Shown: positions 1-10,997 of the stretch, one piece after another
How the letters are laid out: every line of letters begins with the position of its first letter
Numbering within the stretch: the first letter of the stretch is position 1
From: a bacterium
GTDB taxonomy: Bacteria > UBA8248
DNA: 64,000 nt
Direction of reading: 5' to 3'
Assembly: GCA_965213685.1 (NCBI GenBank)
Contig: CBDBZY010000012.1
Span: 1-64,000, forward strand
Program-made: the position numbers and the translations under genes
The notes under the pieces: model-generated
Databases searched by the model: none
Seen by the model: the letters and a program-made list of their open reading frames with translations, nothing else
What the model was told of the DNA's origin: nothing

Positions 1-2039
1 TGGAGTCTCTCGAAGGCGGGCTCCGCGTCGTCTACCAGGTCAGCGAGAAACCCACCATCAACAAGATCGAGATCGTCGGAAACAGCAATGTGGACGCCGA
101 GAAAATCCGCGAGCGCCTCACGGTGAAGGCCCAGACCATCGTGAACGAGACCATCCTCAAGGAGACGGTGCGGAGCGTCCGGGCGCTGTATCAGGAGCAG
201 GGCTATTATTTCGCGCGCATAGAGGCCGTGCTGAAGGAAAGCGGCGAGAACACCGTGGCCGTCACGTTCCTCATAGACGAGGGGGAGAGCGTCCGCATCG
301 AGTCGATCTCTTTTCGGGGGAACGAGGAGGTGTCCGGCAAGGACCTGCTCAAGGCGATGGAAACCAGCGAGGAGGGTTTTTTCTCTTTCATCACGAACTC
401 CGGGATATTCCAGGAAGAGGCGCTGCAGAAGGACCTGGTGCGCATCCGCCTCCTGTATGAGAACCGCGGATACATGAAGGTTCAGGTCGGGCAGCCCGCC
501 ATTCGCGAGGATCGGGGCAGGGGCCGGATTCACATCACCATACCCATCACCGAGGGTTTTCAGTACGAAATCGCAAACATTGATGTGCGCGGCGGAGAGG
601 ATGTCGTCCCCTCGGAAGAACTCAAACGGAAGATGAGCCTTTTCGTGGGGGACACGTTCAACAGGTCCCGCCTGATTGCCGACGTTCGGGAGATAACCTC
701 CCGGTTCTCCGACCAGGGCTATGCGTTCGCCGACGTTCGTACCGACACGAGGACGAACGATGAGAAGAAGACCGTGGACGTGACGATCCGGATCAACAAG
801 GGACGCAAGGTCTACATCGGCAAGGTGAAGGTCAAGGGCAACACGCGGACGCGCGAGAACGTGATTCGCCGGGACGTCCGGGTTATCGAGGGGTCTCTCT
901 ACAGTGCGAAAGGGATGGCGGGAACGCGCCATCGCCTCAATCGCACGGGTTATTTCGAGACGGTGAAGGTCGTGGAAAAACGGCGTCCCGATAACGATGA
1001 AATACTCGATATCGAGATCGAGGTGAAGGAGAAGCCGACCGGCTCGGTTACGGGCGGCGTCGGCCTCAGCAGTGATGAGGGCTTTTATCTGCAGGGGGAG
1101 TTGAAGGAGTCGAATTTGTTCGGCAAGGGACTGGTCGCCTCGATATTCTCCAGAATTTCTTCCGAGCGTTTTGATCTGGTCGCGGAATATTTGGACCCGA
1201 ACTTCCGGGATACGGGATTCTCGCTCGGAGGGAGTCTGTTTTTCGTGGACCAGGAATTCGACACCTTCGATCACGATAGGCGGGGCGGACGGGTAACTGT
1301 CGGCAGGGAATTGCAGGAGTACCTGAACGCTTATGTCTCCTATGAGCTTTCCAGATCCCACATCAGCGACGTCGACCCCACGGCGACCTCGCAGATACTG
1401 GATCAGGAGGGAGACACTTTTCTCGAGAGCAGCGTCATCCCCCGCCTGGTGTATGACGACCGGAACAGGCCTATTTTCCCGACGGACGGGACGTTGTGGA
1501 GCGTTGCCCCCACCATTTCGACTTCGCTTCTGGGCGGGAACGTGGACATGTTCTCCTTGGAAGCCGAATTCCGGCAGTACCACAGCATAGGGGAGCGCTT
1601 CCGAGTCCGCCTCCTGCGGGAATTGATTCTCAGCCTGAGAGGGAACGTCCGCTACGTGGAATCGCTCAAGGGCGAATTGCCCGCGTTTCGCCGGTTATAC
1701 GCCGGCAGAAGACACACCGTCCGCGGTTTCAGCTCCGGCGACCTGGGCCCCCAGGATACGCAGGGCGAGGCGATAGGCGGGTTCTCCGCCGCTCTCGCCT
1801 CCGTGGAATTCTCGCATCCGTTTATTGGCCCCACCCAGCTGGCGGCGTTTTTCGACGTGGGGAACATCTGGGGGGAGGATGACGCGTTTGACGTAGGCGA
1901 TTTGCGGTACGGAGCCGGAGTTGGATTGCGCCTCGTCACCCCGATTGGTCCGATGCGTCTGGACATTGGATACAAACTGGACAGAAAATCGGACGAGCGC
2001 AGGCGAGAGACGCACCTGGGAATTGGCGCTGCATTTTAG
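1..2039 (+). CDS. bamA: Outer membrane protein assembly factor BamA (5' truncated by window)
   Basis: POTRA repeats (GNTRTRENVIRR), beta-barrel with VRGF motif and C-terminal Phe; frame is open back to base 3. Confidence 0.96.
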   Translation, partial: ESLEGGLRVVYQVSEKPTINKIEIVGNSNVDAEKIRERLTVKAQTIVNETILKETVRSVRALYQEQGYYFARIEAVLKESGENTVAVTFLIDEGESVRIESISFRGNEEVSGKDLLKAMETSEEGFFSFITNSGIFQEEALQKDLVRIRLLYENRGYMKVQVGQPAIREDRGRGRIHITIPITEGFQYEIANIDVRGGEDVVPSEELKRKMSLFVGDTFNRSRLIADVREITSRFSDQGYAFADVRTDTRTNDEKKTVDVTIRINKGRKVYIGKVKVKGNTRTRENVIRRDVRVIEGSLYSAKGMAGTRHRLNRTGYFETVKVVEKRRPDNDEILDIEIEVKEKPTGSVTGGVGLSSDEGFYLQGELKESNLFGKGLVASIFSRISSERFDLVAEYLDPNFRDTGFSLGGSLFFVDQEFDTFDHDRRGGRVTVGRELQEYLNAYVSYELSRSHISDVDPTATSQILDQEGDTFLESSVIPRLVYDDRNRPIFPTDGTLWSVAPTISTSLLGGNVDMFSLEAEFRQYHSIGERFRVRLLRELILSLRGNVRYVESLKGELPAFRRLYAGRRHTVRGFSSGDLGPQDTQGEAIGGFSAALASVEFSHPFIGPTQLAAFFDVGNIWGEDDAFDVGDLRYGAGVGLRLVTPIGPMRLDIGYKLDRKSDERRRETHLGIGAAF

Positions 2040-2048
2040 GGGCAACGT

Positions 2049-2636
2049 ATGGGGAGGATGGTTGTCGTGAGACGTTTGGGCTTGTGGATTGCGATGCCGG
2101 CGGCGTTTTTTCTCCTTGACGGTCCGGTCGACGTGGAATCGGCGGATACAAAATACGGCGTGGTCAACATCCAGCGCGTCCTGCGCGCGTCCAAAGGCGG
2201 ACGCAGGGTGCGCGCTTTCCTGGCGCGCGAGAAGAAAAAGCTCGAGAGCGACATTCGGAAAAAGCGCGACGCTTTGACCAAGATGGCGCGGGAGGCGCAG
2301 GGCCTGCAGCTGGCGATCGATCAGAAAAGCGCGGTTTGGCGTCCGGAAGAAAAGGAGCGCAAGACGTTTGAGTTGCGCTCTCAGAGGAGGCGCCTCGCGC
2401 GGGAGCAGGACAATCTGAAAAGATTGCTGCGGGAGAGCCAAAGGGATCTGCAGGAGCGCCAGAGGATAGGCGTTACGAAGGTCTTGAAAGAGGTGCGGAG
2501 CGTCGTTCAGGAAATCGGGAAGGAAGGGGATTGGGACGCCATCGTGGACAGCACCTCCGGCGGCGTTTTGTTTGTCAGCCCGAGGGTGGACCTGACGGAG
2601 AAGGTGATACAGCGATACGATCAGAAGAAGAAATGA
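2049..2636 (+). CDS. skp: OmpH/Skp periplasmic chaperone
   Basis: GVVNIQRVL, long coiled coil, DLTEKVI C-terminus; canonical position after bamA. Confidence 0.9.
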   Translation: MGRMVVVRRLGLWIAMPAAFFLLDGPVDVESADTKYGVVNIQRVLRASKGGRRVRAFLAREKKKLESDIRKKRDALTKMAREAQGLQLAIDQKSAVWRPEEKERKTFELRSQRRRLAREQDNLKRLLRESQRDLQERQRIGVTKVLKEVRSVVQEIGKEGDWDAIVDSTSGGVLFVSPRVDLTEKVIQRYDQKKK

Positions 2637-2637
2637 C

Positions 2638-3645
2638 ATGCTTCTTGCAGACATCGCGCGTCTGGTGGGCGGGCGGCTCGCTGGCGATGGAAGCCTGGAC
2701 ATTCAGGACGTAGCGGAATATGAGCGCGCCTCGCCCAAGGAATTGAGTTATGCGGACTCGGCGAAAAGGCTGAGGACGCCCTCCGCCGCGGGTGCCCTCA
2801 TCGTCCCGCAGGGTCTGGAAGTGGATCGTCCCCACGTTGTCGCGGAAAACCCCCGCCTGTCGTTCGCCCGCGCGGTCTTGCTGTTGCGCCCGCCCGCAAC
2901 GCCCCAAGCGGGCGTCAGCGCCAAAGCCAGCGTCTCCGATGCGGCCCGTCTGGGGCGCGACGTGTATGTAGGGCCGTTCGCGTCGATCGCCGCCGGCGTC
3001 GCGGTGGGCGACGGCTCCCGCATCGGGGCGGGCGCGCACGTAGGCGAAAACGTCCGGATAGGCTCCGGGTGCGTCATCCATCCGAATTGCGTTTTGTACG
3101 CCGGTGCGGAGATAGGCTCCCGGGTTATCCTGCACGCCGGCGTCGTCGTCGGCTCGGATGGTTTTGGATACACGCCGGATGAGGATGGCCGCATTTTTAA
3201 ATTCCCGCAAACGGGCAGGGTCGTCATTGAGGACGACGTGGAAATCGGGGCGAACACCACGATCGACCGCGCCGCGCTGGGAGAAACGCGAATCGGCCGC
3301 GGCACGAAAATCGATAACCTGGTGCAGATTGCGCACAACGTCGTGATTGGCGAGGATTGCCTCTTGGCGAGCCAGGTGGGCGTCTCCGGGAGTGCGCGGA
3401 TCGGCCGGGGCGTCGTGATGGGCGGAAATGTCGGGGTGGCGGATCACGTGGAAATCGGCGACGGCGCGACGCTGGGCGCGAGAACCGGCGTGCCCAAAAG
3501 CCTGGCGGGCGGACGGACGTATCTCCATTCCCCGGCGGCGGAAATTCGCGAGGCGCGCAGGCGAATCGCCGCGTTGAGGAATTTGCCGAGAATGGCGGAC
3601 AAAATCAACGAGCTCGCGAAAAGAATGGGTGAGCTAGAGGGATGA
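2638..3645 (+). CDS. lpxD: UDP-3-O-acyl-glucosamine N-acyltransferase
   Basis: Hexapeptide repeats, [27 protein letters not shown]. Confidence 0.96.
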   Translation: MLLADIARLVGGRLAGDGSLDIQDVAEYERASPKELSYADSAKRLRTPSAAGALIVPQGLEVDRPHVVAENPRLSFARAVLLLRPPATPQAGVSAKASVSDAARLGRDVYVGPFASIAAGVAVGDGSRIGAGAHVGENVRIGSGCVIHPNCVLYAGAEIGSRVILHAGVVVGSDGFGYTPDEDGRIFKFPQTGRVVIEDDVEIGANTTIDRAALGETRIGRGTKIDNLVQIAHNVVIGEDCLLASQVGVSGSARIGRGVVMGGNVGVADHVEIGDGATLGARTGVPKSLAGGRTYLHSPAAEIREARRRIAALRNLPRMADKINELAKRMGELEG

Positions 3646-4079
3646 TGGATAGTCGGCGGATACAGGAGCTCATCCCGCACAGGAGTCCGTTCCTTTTCGT
3701 TGATGAAGTAACCGATGTGAACGCAGAGGATATTTCCATCGTAGCCAGGAAGCGCATCACCCGGGCGGAGCCTTATTTCGAGGGCCATTTCCCCGGTCGT
3801 CCCATCATGCCGGGCGTGTTGGTCGTGGAAGCGTTGGCGCAAACCGGCCTGATTTGCCTGTTCGAGTTGCGTCTGATTGAACCGGGGACGGAATTTTTCT
3901 TCGCCGGCATTGAGCAGGTCAAATTCAGGCGTCCGGTCGTTCCCGGCGATTTGCTGCAGCTGCACGCCAGGCTGCTGAAAAGCAGAAAAAAGGTGTGGAA
4001 GTTTGAAGGAAAGGCGTTCGTGGATGGCCAGATGGCCGCAGAAGGTTTTTTCACCGCCTATACTTCTCCCGGATCCTGA
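3642..4079 (+). CDS. fabZ: 3-hydroxyacyl-ACP dehydratase
   Basis: [33 protein letters not shown]. Confidence 0.96.
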   Translation: MMDSRRIQELIPHRSPFLFVDEVTDVNAEDISIVARKRITRAEPYFEGHFPGRPIMPGVLVVEALAQTGLICLFELRLIEPGTEFFFAGIEQVKFRRPVVPGDLLQLHARLLKSRKKVWKFEGKAFVDGQMAAEGFFTAYTSPGS

Positions 4080-4085
4080 CGCCCG

Positions 4086-4868
4086 TTGAACGATATCGCT
4101 CCCACCTCCCACATTGACCCCAAGGCGGAGCTGGGGGAGGGTCTGCGGATCGCACCGGGTGCGTTTGTGGGCGCGAACGTGGTGCTGCGGGACGGGTGCG
4201 AAATCGGGCCGAACGCCAGCGTTCACGGCCCCGCCCGCATCGGCGCGGGGTGCCGGATTTTTTCGAACGCCGTCATCGGGGCGGAGGCGCAGGTCGTCGA
4301 TTTGGCGGCGGATTCGGGCGGCGTGGAAATCGGAGCGGACACCGTTGTCCGTGAAACGGCGACGATTCATCGTTCGATGTATCCGGGGCAGGACACGACG
4401 CTCGGCAGAAGGTGCTACATCATGGCCGGTGCGCACGTGGCCCACGATTGCCGCCTGGGCGACGGGGTGATCCTGACGAACCAATGCTCTTTGGGCGGGC
4501 ACGTGGAAGTCGGCGACCATAGTTTCATATCCAACTTCGTCGGCGTGCATCAATACGGTCGGGTCGGCGGGGGGACGATTCTCACGGGCCCTGCGGCGGT
4601 GAGAAAGGACGTGCCTCCTTTCGTGAAGGCGGTGGGCGAGCCTCCGCGCGTGGTGGGGCTGAACGTGGTCGGTTTGCGCAGAAACGGCGTTTCCGCCGAG
4701 GTGCGGGCGCACCTCAAGAGGGCGTATAAAATCCTTTTTGACGAGGCGGGGACGATGGCGCAGAAAACGGAGAGAATCGAGGCGCAAATGCCGTCGGGAG
4801 CGGAAATTCAATCCGTGATAGCATTCGTGCGGCGTTCCGGGCGCGGCATCTATCAAGGCCGCATGTAA
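4086..4868 (+). CDS. lpxA: Acyl-ACP--UDP-GlcNAc (or GlcNAc3N) acyltransferase
   Basis: Hexapeptide repeats, AHVAHDC, GHVEVGD, HQY, KDVPP, GLNVVGLRR. Confidence 0.93.
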   Translation: MNDIAPTSHIDPKAELGEGLRIAPGAFVGANVVLRDGCEIGPNASVHGPARIGAGCRIFSNAVIGAEAQVVDLAADSGGVEIGADTVVRETATIHRSMYPGQDTTLGRRCYIMAGAHVAHDCRLGDGVILTNQCSLGGHVEVGDHSFISNFVGVHQYGRVGGGTILTGPAAVRKDVPPFVKAVGEPPRVVGLNVVGLRRNGVSAEVRAHLKRAYKILFDEAGTMAQKTERIEAQMPSGAEIQSVIAFVRRSGRGIYQGRM

Positions 4869-4900
4869 GCACGCAGGCGCGCTGCTGAGGTCGAAACCCC

Positions 4901-5872
4901 ATGGTGGATTCTTTGCGAGTCGGCGTTGTCGGCGTTGGCCATATGGGCAACTATCACGTGGTCGCGCTCTCCGAGATTCTGGATGCGGACTTGGCGGCCG
5001 TTTGCGATATGGACTCCCGGCGCTCGCGGAAGCTGGCCGACAGATATGGTGCGGAGGCGTTTGTCGATCCGGCCGACCTGATAGGCCGCGTAGACGCCGT
5101 CACCGTCGCCGTTCCCACCCCGCAGCATTTTGCGGTGTCCCGCGTATTCCTCGAGCATGGCGTGCACGTGCTCGTGGAGAAGCCCATCTGCACGACGATG
5201 GAGGAGGCCCGGGAGTTATTCGATCTGGCCACCCGAAACAACCTGGTTCTGCACATTGGCCACGTCGAGCGGTTCAACGGAGCCGTCCAGGAGTTGGGCA
5301 ACATTGTGGACAGGCCCACGCTGATCGAGTGCCGGAGGCTCGGGCCCTTCTCGCCGAGGGTGCGCAAAGACGGCGTCGTGCTGGACCTGATGATTCATGA
5401 CCTCGACATCGTCCTGCGGCTGGTGGACGAGAGGATCAACCTCCTCTCGGCGGTCGGTGCCAAAGTTTTCTCCGATCGGGATGACGTGGTGAGCGTGCAG
5501 ATTTGCTTCGCCGGCGGATGCGTGGCGAACCTCATCGCGAGCCGCGTGACGCAGAACAAGATACGGACGCTTTCCGTATCGCAGCCGGACGCTTTCATCA
5601 CGCTCGATTATGCGGACCAGGAGCTCAGAATCCATCGCCAGGCCACCAGCGAACGCTACCTGACGCGCGAGGAACTCAAGTATAGCGAGCAATTTCAGGT
5701 GGAGAGGCGGTTTGTCCACAAGGAGAATCCGCTCAAGATCGAGTTGCGGCACTTTTTGCAATCGGTGCGCTCCTCGACCGTCGTGCGCGAGCCGGAAAGG
5801 GAGTTGCGCTCCCTGGACGTCGCCATTCGCGTTGTAGAGATGCTGAAAAACTCCGCGCCCTCCGCGCCATAG
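4901..5872 (+). CDS. Gfo/Idh/MocA oxidoreductase, GnnA-like (candidate UDP-GlcNAc 3-dehydrogenase)
   Basis: GVGHMG Rossmann motif, VEKP, GHVERFN, DLMIHDLD; lies between lpxA and lpxI/lpxB. Confidence 0.85.
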   Translation: MVDSLRVGVVGVGHMGNYHVVALSEILDADLAAVCDMDSRRSRKLADRYGAEAFVDPADLIGRVDAVTVAVPTPQHFAVSRVFLEHGVHVLVEKPICTTMEEARELFDLATRNNLVLHIGHVERFNGAVQELGNIVDRPTLIECRRLGPFSPRVRKDGVVLDLMIHDLDIVLRLVDERINLLSAVGAKVFSDRDDVVSVQICFAGGCVANLIASRVTQNKIRTLSVSQPDAFITLDYADQELRIHRQATSERYLTREELKYSEQFQVERRFVHKENPLKIELRHFLQSVRSSTVVREPERELRSLDVAIRVVEMLKNSAPSAP

Positions 5873-5878
5873 CTTCCC

Positions 5879-6711
5879 GTGCCCGACTCCCAGGAGAGAA
5901 TCGGCCTCGTCGCAGGCTCGGGAGCGTTGTCCTCCGAGTTCGTTTCCCGCGCCAAGGAGCGGGGCAAGCACGTGTCCGTGGCGGCGCTGTCCCCCGAAAT
6001 CAGGGATATGCTGTCGGGAGCGGCGGATTCCGTCTCCCACCTCCCTCCTACCCAGCCGAACAAGATCATCCGCTTTTTTCGGGAAAACGGCGTGGGGGAG
6101 ATAGGGTTGGTGGGGAAGGTGGAAAAAAATCTTCTGTTCCGCTCCTTGCGGTTCGATCTGACGGCGCTGCGCTTCGTGAAAAACGCCCTGAATACGGCCG
6201 ATGCGACGATCATGGACGCCGTCATCGCGCTGGTGGAGGAGAACGGCATCCGGGTGGTTTCCCAGACGGAGTATCTGGAGCATCTCGTTACCCCCCCTGG
6301 GCGCCATCAACCGGAAGAGGCTGCGCCAGTCCCAGAGGAGGAGCGCGGAGTATGCGTTCCGGATGGCCCGAAGCGTGGCGGCGCTGGACATAGGCCAAAC
6401 CGTGGTGGCGCACAGGGGAACGGTGGTCGCCGTGGAGGGCGTGGAGGGGACGGACGAGACGATTCGCCGGGGGTGCGCCCTCGCCGGCAGGGGGGGCCAT
6501 CGTGTGCAAGGTGGCCCGCCCCGGGCAGGATATGCGCTATGACGTGCCCACCGTCGGGCCCGAGACGCTGGGGGTGATGCGGGCGGGCGGGGCGTCGGCG
6601 CTGATCCTGGAGGCGGGCCGGACTTTCCTCATCGACCGCGCGCGCCTGATACGGGAGGCCGACGCGGCCGGCATCGTCGTTGCCGGCTGGTCGGCACAGG
6701 GGCGGGGATGA
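5879..6711 (+). CDS. lpxI: UDP-2,3-diacylglucosamine pyrophosphatase LpxI; two apparent frameshifts (C run ~6291-6297, G run ~6489-6496)
   Basis: IGLVAGSG N-terminus, DIGQTVV..AVEGVEGTDETIRR, CKVARPGQDMRYDVPTVG spread over three frames. Confidence 0.88.
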
Positions 6712-7892
6712 GCGCTGCGGGAAACGGCGTCATGGTGGTCGCCGGCGAGCCGTCCGGCGATATGCACGCCGCGAATCTGGTGGCCGCCCTCGCAGCCAGA
6801 ATTCCCGACCTCCGGGGTGTCCGGCATGGGGGGGGCGATGGATGGCCGGGGCGGGAGTCCATCTCCTCCACGACATCGGCGACATATCCATCGTCGGCTT
6901 CGCCGGGGTTCCCCGCCTGTATCCGAGGCTGCGGAGAATCAAGAAGGACTTGCTGGATCGGATCGGGACGCAAAAGCCCGGGGCCGTGATTTTCGTGGAC
7001 TACCCGGGCTTCAATCTCGCGCTGGCGCGCTCGGTGCGCGCGCTGCCGCAGGCCCCGAAGCGGATATATTTCATCACCCCCCAGGTGTGGGCCTGGTGGA
7101 GGAGCCGCGCCCGCGTGATTGCGGACGTTTTCGACCTGGCGTTGAACATTTTCCCGTTTGAGCCTCGAATTTTTCGGGAGCTGGGCGGAAGGGCCGAGTT
7201 TGTCGGCAATCCCGTCGCCCATGCGCTTCGGGACGCGCCGTCGAAAGAGGCCGCCCGGCGTTCGCTGCGCATACCGCCGGGGGAGAAGGTGATCGCGCTT
7301 CTCCCGGGCAGCCGCCTCAAGGAAGTCAACCTGCACCTGGACGCCATGTTGGATGCGTTGCGGATCATTCGCAGGGAAACGCCGGGTGCGCGCTTTCTGA
7401 TCTCGGAGGCGGACGCGTTGCCCGAAGGATATGTCGCCAGCCGCCTGAAGCGGTCGGGGGGCGGGATGCAATGCGTCCGGGGCGATTCCCAAAAGGTGAT
7501 TCGAGCGGCGGGACGTCGTGGCGGTGGCGAGCGGCACGGCCTCTCTCGAGACGGCGCTGCTGGGCGTGCCGATGGTTGTTCTGTATGCCGGGGACAGGCT
7601 TACCTATACGCTGGCCAAGTATTTTCTGGTTCACGTGGATTATCTCAGCCTTGTGAATTTGCTGTCCGGCCATGAGGCCGTCCCCGAACTGTACCAGGGG
7701 AGGGTGCGGGCGCGGCCCATAGCGAACGCGCTGCGGGAAGTGCTCTGGAGCGATGAAGTCCGGGCAAGACAGATCCGGGCGTTTCAGCGGATTCAGGGCG
7801 CACTGGAAGGAGCGGATCCCTATGCGCGCGCCGCGGCGCGCATAGCGGCGGAGCTGGGGTTTGCAGCCCCACGGGACGCGCGCGATGGATGA
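6708..7892 (+). CDS. lpxB: Lipid-A-disaccharide synthase; apparent frameshifts near 6830 and 7510
   Basis: VAGEPSGDMH, VDYPGFN, PQVWAW, LLPGSR, ASGTASLE. Confidence 0.92.
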
Positions 7893-8617
7893 GGAGGCGA
7901 CCGCTTATGATGAGTGGGGCCGCGACCCCGCCGCGCCGCTCTCGGCGCGCCTGGGCGGGATGGCCATCGCGGGCTACCTGAAGGCGGTGGGCGCCACCTC
8001 CCGCATCATGGCGCCGCGAACGGGTTTTTATGAAAAACCGCTGGAGGTGCCTGTCAAAAAATATATCTGGGCGCTTTGGCATCGTCATCTGGGGCTGGCC
8101 TCCTTCTTCTGTCCCGATGATTTTCCCCGCACGTGCATGGCGAGCAGAAGCCGGGACGGGGAGTTGCTCGCCCAGGTGGTGTCCCGCCTCGGCACGCATT
8201 GCGCCAGAGGCTCCTCCGCCTCCCTGGACGGAACGGACAAGGGGGGGGCCGCCGCGTTTCGACAAATGCTCCGGGCGGCGCGGGGGGGCCGCCGTCAACT
8301 CGTCATCACGCCGGACGGGCCAAAGGGTCCGCCCGGGAAAGTCAAGATGGGGGCCATCTCCCTGGCGAGTGCCGCGGGCGTTCCCGTTTGCCCGGTCGCT
8401 TTTGCCGCATCCCGTTTTTTCACCATCCCCACGTGGGACAGGACGGTGATTCCTCTGCCGTTCGGGAGAATAGCCGTTTTCTGCGGCGAGCCGCTGGCCG
8501 TGCCGCGCACCCGGGACGAGGGTCTCCTGGAGGGCAATGCGCGCGGAAATCGAGACGCGGCTCGTTCGCGCGAATGAGGAGGCGAAGCGTCGCCTGGAGC
8601 CTCCTCCGGGGAGATGA
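7885..8617 (+). CDS. DUF374-family acyltransferase (LpxJ-like); apparent frameshift near 8535
   Basis: LWH, SRSRDGE, ARGSS, ITPDGPKGP, WDRTVIPLPF motifs; C-terminus continues in another frame to TGA at 8615. Confidence 0.8.
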
Positions 8618-8624
8618 GCCGCCG

Positions 8625-9902
8625 ATGCTCTTTCTGTACAACCTCGCCATCGTTCTCCTCTCGCCGGTTCTTCTCGGGTATTTCCTGCTCCGCCTGCGCC
8701 TCCGCGGGCACCGCCCGCCATCTCTGCGGCAAAGGTTCGGTTTCCCGCCAGCGCTGCCCGACGCGGCGGGAGGGCGTCTCTGGCTGCACGCCGTATCCGT
8801 CGGGGGAGGTGGGCGTGGCCGCCCTGCTGATCCCCGCCCTGCTGAAAAAAAAACCGGACCTGAAAATCGTCCTCTCCACGGTGACGCAGACGGGAAGGGC
8901 GGAGGCGGAAAAAATATCCGGAGTCGAGCAGCGCATCTATTTGCCGCTCGATTTCTCCTGGGCCGTCCGTTCGGCCTTGCGGCGGATTCAGCCTTCCATG
9001 ATTGCGCTCATCGAAACCGAGATATGGCCAAATCTCGTGGGCGCGGCCGCGCGCCGCAACATTCCCGTGGCCATCGTCAACGGAAGACTCTCGGAAGCGC
9101 TCGCATCGCGCCTACAGGCGATTCCGGTTTTTCTTCTCCTCCGTTCTGGAGCGCGTCCGGAGCGTGCTGGCGCGCGGAGCGGAGGACGCCGAGCGGTTTC
9201 TGGATTTGGGGGCGGCTTCCGTGCAAGTTCTCGGAAACATGAAGTTTGACGCACCCCTGCCGAGCTCGGGACGCGCCCCCGCCCGGCTCGTATGGCGTGT
9301 GCCCGCGCGGCGGCGTCATCGTGGCCGGCAGCACGCATCCGGGCGAGGATGCGCTGATGGGAGAGGTGGTGTCGTCCATCCATCGAACCATGCCGGGGGT
9401 GGGCCTCCTCCTCGCGCCGCGTCACCTCGAGAAAGTTCCCCGGGCGGAGAAGGCGTTGCAAGACTCGGGCGTCTCCCCCGTGCGATGGAGCAGCGTCAAA
9501 GATGCGGATGACTATCACCGGGTTGTCATCCTGGACGTGATGGGCGAGCTCGCCGACGCCTACGCCTGCGCGTCGGTGGCGGTCATCGGCGGAAGTTTCG
9601 TTCCGCACGGCGGCCAGAACCCGATAGAGGCGGCGCGTTGGGGCGTGCCGTGCCTGTTCGGCCCCCATATGGAGAATTTCATGGAGGTGGCGCATGAGCT
9701 GGTGGAGGAGGGCGGCGCCGTGCAACTGGGCGGGAAAGAAGACCTGGAGGCGGCCATCGTGAAATGGCTGGAAGATACCGCATCCCGGAAGCGGGCGGGC
9801 GAGGCGGCGCGCCGGATGGTGCGGAACAACCAGGGGGCGACCGACCGAACCGCGTCGCACATCCTCGAAATCCTGGCGGGAACGGACGGAGACGCCGCAT
9901 GA
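8625..9902 (+). CDS. waaA: Kdo transferase; several apparent frameshifts (~8805, ~9095, ~9290)
   Basis: WLHAVSVGE, ETEIWPN, NGRLS, GNMKFD, AGSTHPGED, GGQNPIEAA, GPHMENF. Confidence 0.92.
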
Positions 9903-10984
9903 GCCTGCGCCGAGGCGTTCTGATGGCCTGGGAGGGGAATCCCTCCTCCCCGGCCTGGGCGCGCATGTTGACGGGCGGCCTCGCGCCGTTGGGCGTCGCC
10001 TACGGGGCGGTGATGTCGCATCGTCGTCGTCGCCATGAAGTCGGCAAGACCCGCGCGGAGAAAATTCCCGCGCCCGTTGTTTCGGTGGGCAACCTCACCC
10101 TGGGGGGGACGGGCAAGACGCCCGCCGTCGCCTGGATGCTGGAGAAGCTGCTGGCGCGAGGGCGAAAGCCCGCCGTGGTGAGCAGGGGCTATGGCGGGAG
10201 GCCCAGGGACGTGATGGTTGTGGGCGACGGCCAGGGGAAGCGGATGCCGTCGCCGCCGGCTGCGGATGAGGCGGCGATGCTCGCCCGGCGCTATCCCGCC
10301 CTCCCCGTTCTCACGGGTGCGGACCGCTCTTTCGTCGCCAGAAAGGCGGTGGAGGAGTTTGGAGCGGACGTCGTTGTGCTCGACGACGGCTTTCAGCACC
10401 TCGCCCTCGCACGGGAGATGGATATGGTGCTCCTGCGGGGAGACCACCCTTTCGGAAATGGCAGGGCGACGCCGGCGGGCGCCCTCCGCGAGCCGGTCTC
10501 GGCCCTGCGGTGCGCGGACGCCGTTTTGGTGATGGGGGCCTGCGCCGCGCGCACGAGGAGCGAGATTCGGTCTCTCGCCCCGGACGCGCCCGTTTTCGCC
10601 GGAAACCTCGAACCGCATTCGCTCTGGAATGCGCGGGGCGAGAGAACGGGCTTGCCGGATGCGTTGGGGGGAGCGCGGGTCGTCGCGGTGAGCGGGTTGG
10701 GGAACCCGCGCGCCTTCGAGAGGACGCTGGAATCGCTGCGGGTCGAGGTCCTCGCACACCATGCGTATCCAGACCACGCGCATTATGCGCTGGCCGATGG
10801 CGTGCGGCTCATCTCGTCGCTGCGGAAAACGGGAGCCGATTTCATCCTGACGACCGAGAAAGACGGGGTAAAGCTCTCCCCCCTGCTGCAGGCGGTGCCG
10901 CTCCGCATCCTCCGGGTGGTCATGAAGGTCGCCGAGGATGCGGAGGCGACGGCGTTGGTCGAGAGGAAGCTGTCCGTATCCTGA
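9899..10984 (+). CDS. lpxK: Tetraacyldisaccharide 4'-kinase
   Basis: VGNLTLGGTGKTP, SRGYG, LDDGFQH, LREP, TTEKD; ATG overlaps the waaA stop. Confidence 0.95.
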   Translation: MSLRRGVLMAWEGNPSSPAWARMLTGGLAPLGVAYGAVMSHRRRRHEVGKTRAEKIPAPVVSVGNLTLGGTGKTPAVAWMLEKLLARGRKPAVVSRGYGGRPRDVMVVGDGQGKRMPSPPAADEAAMLARRYPALPVLTGADRSFVARKAVEEFGADVVVLDDGFQHLALAREMDMVLLRGDHPFGNGRATPAGALREPVSALRCADAVLVMGACAARTRSEIRSLAPDAPVFAGNLEPHSLWNARGERTGLPDALGGARVVAVSGLGNPRAFERTLESLRVEVLAHHAYPDHAHYALADGVRLISSLRKTGADFILTTEKDGVKLSPLLQAVPLRILRVVMKVAEDAEATALVERKLSVS

Positions 10985-10997
10985 ACGGGGGGCGTCG

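Noticed and set aside
6291-9300. Programmed frameshifting or phase variation in LPS genes
   Set aside because: Several shifts per essential gene, and the same pattern in unrelated genes, fit sequencing error better.
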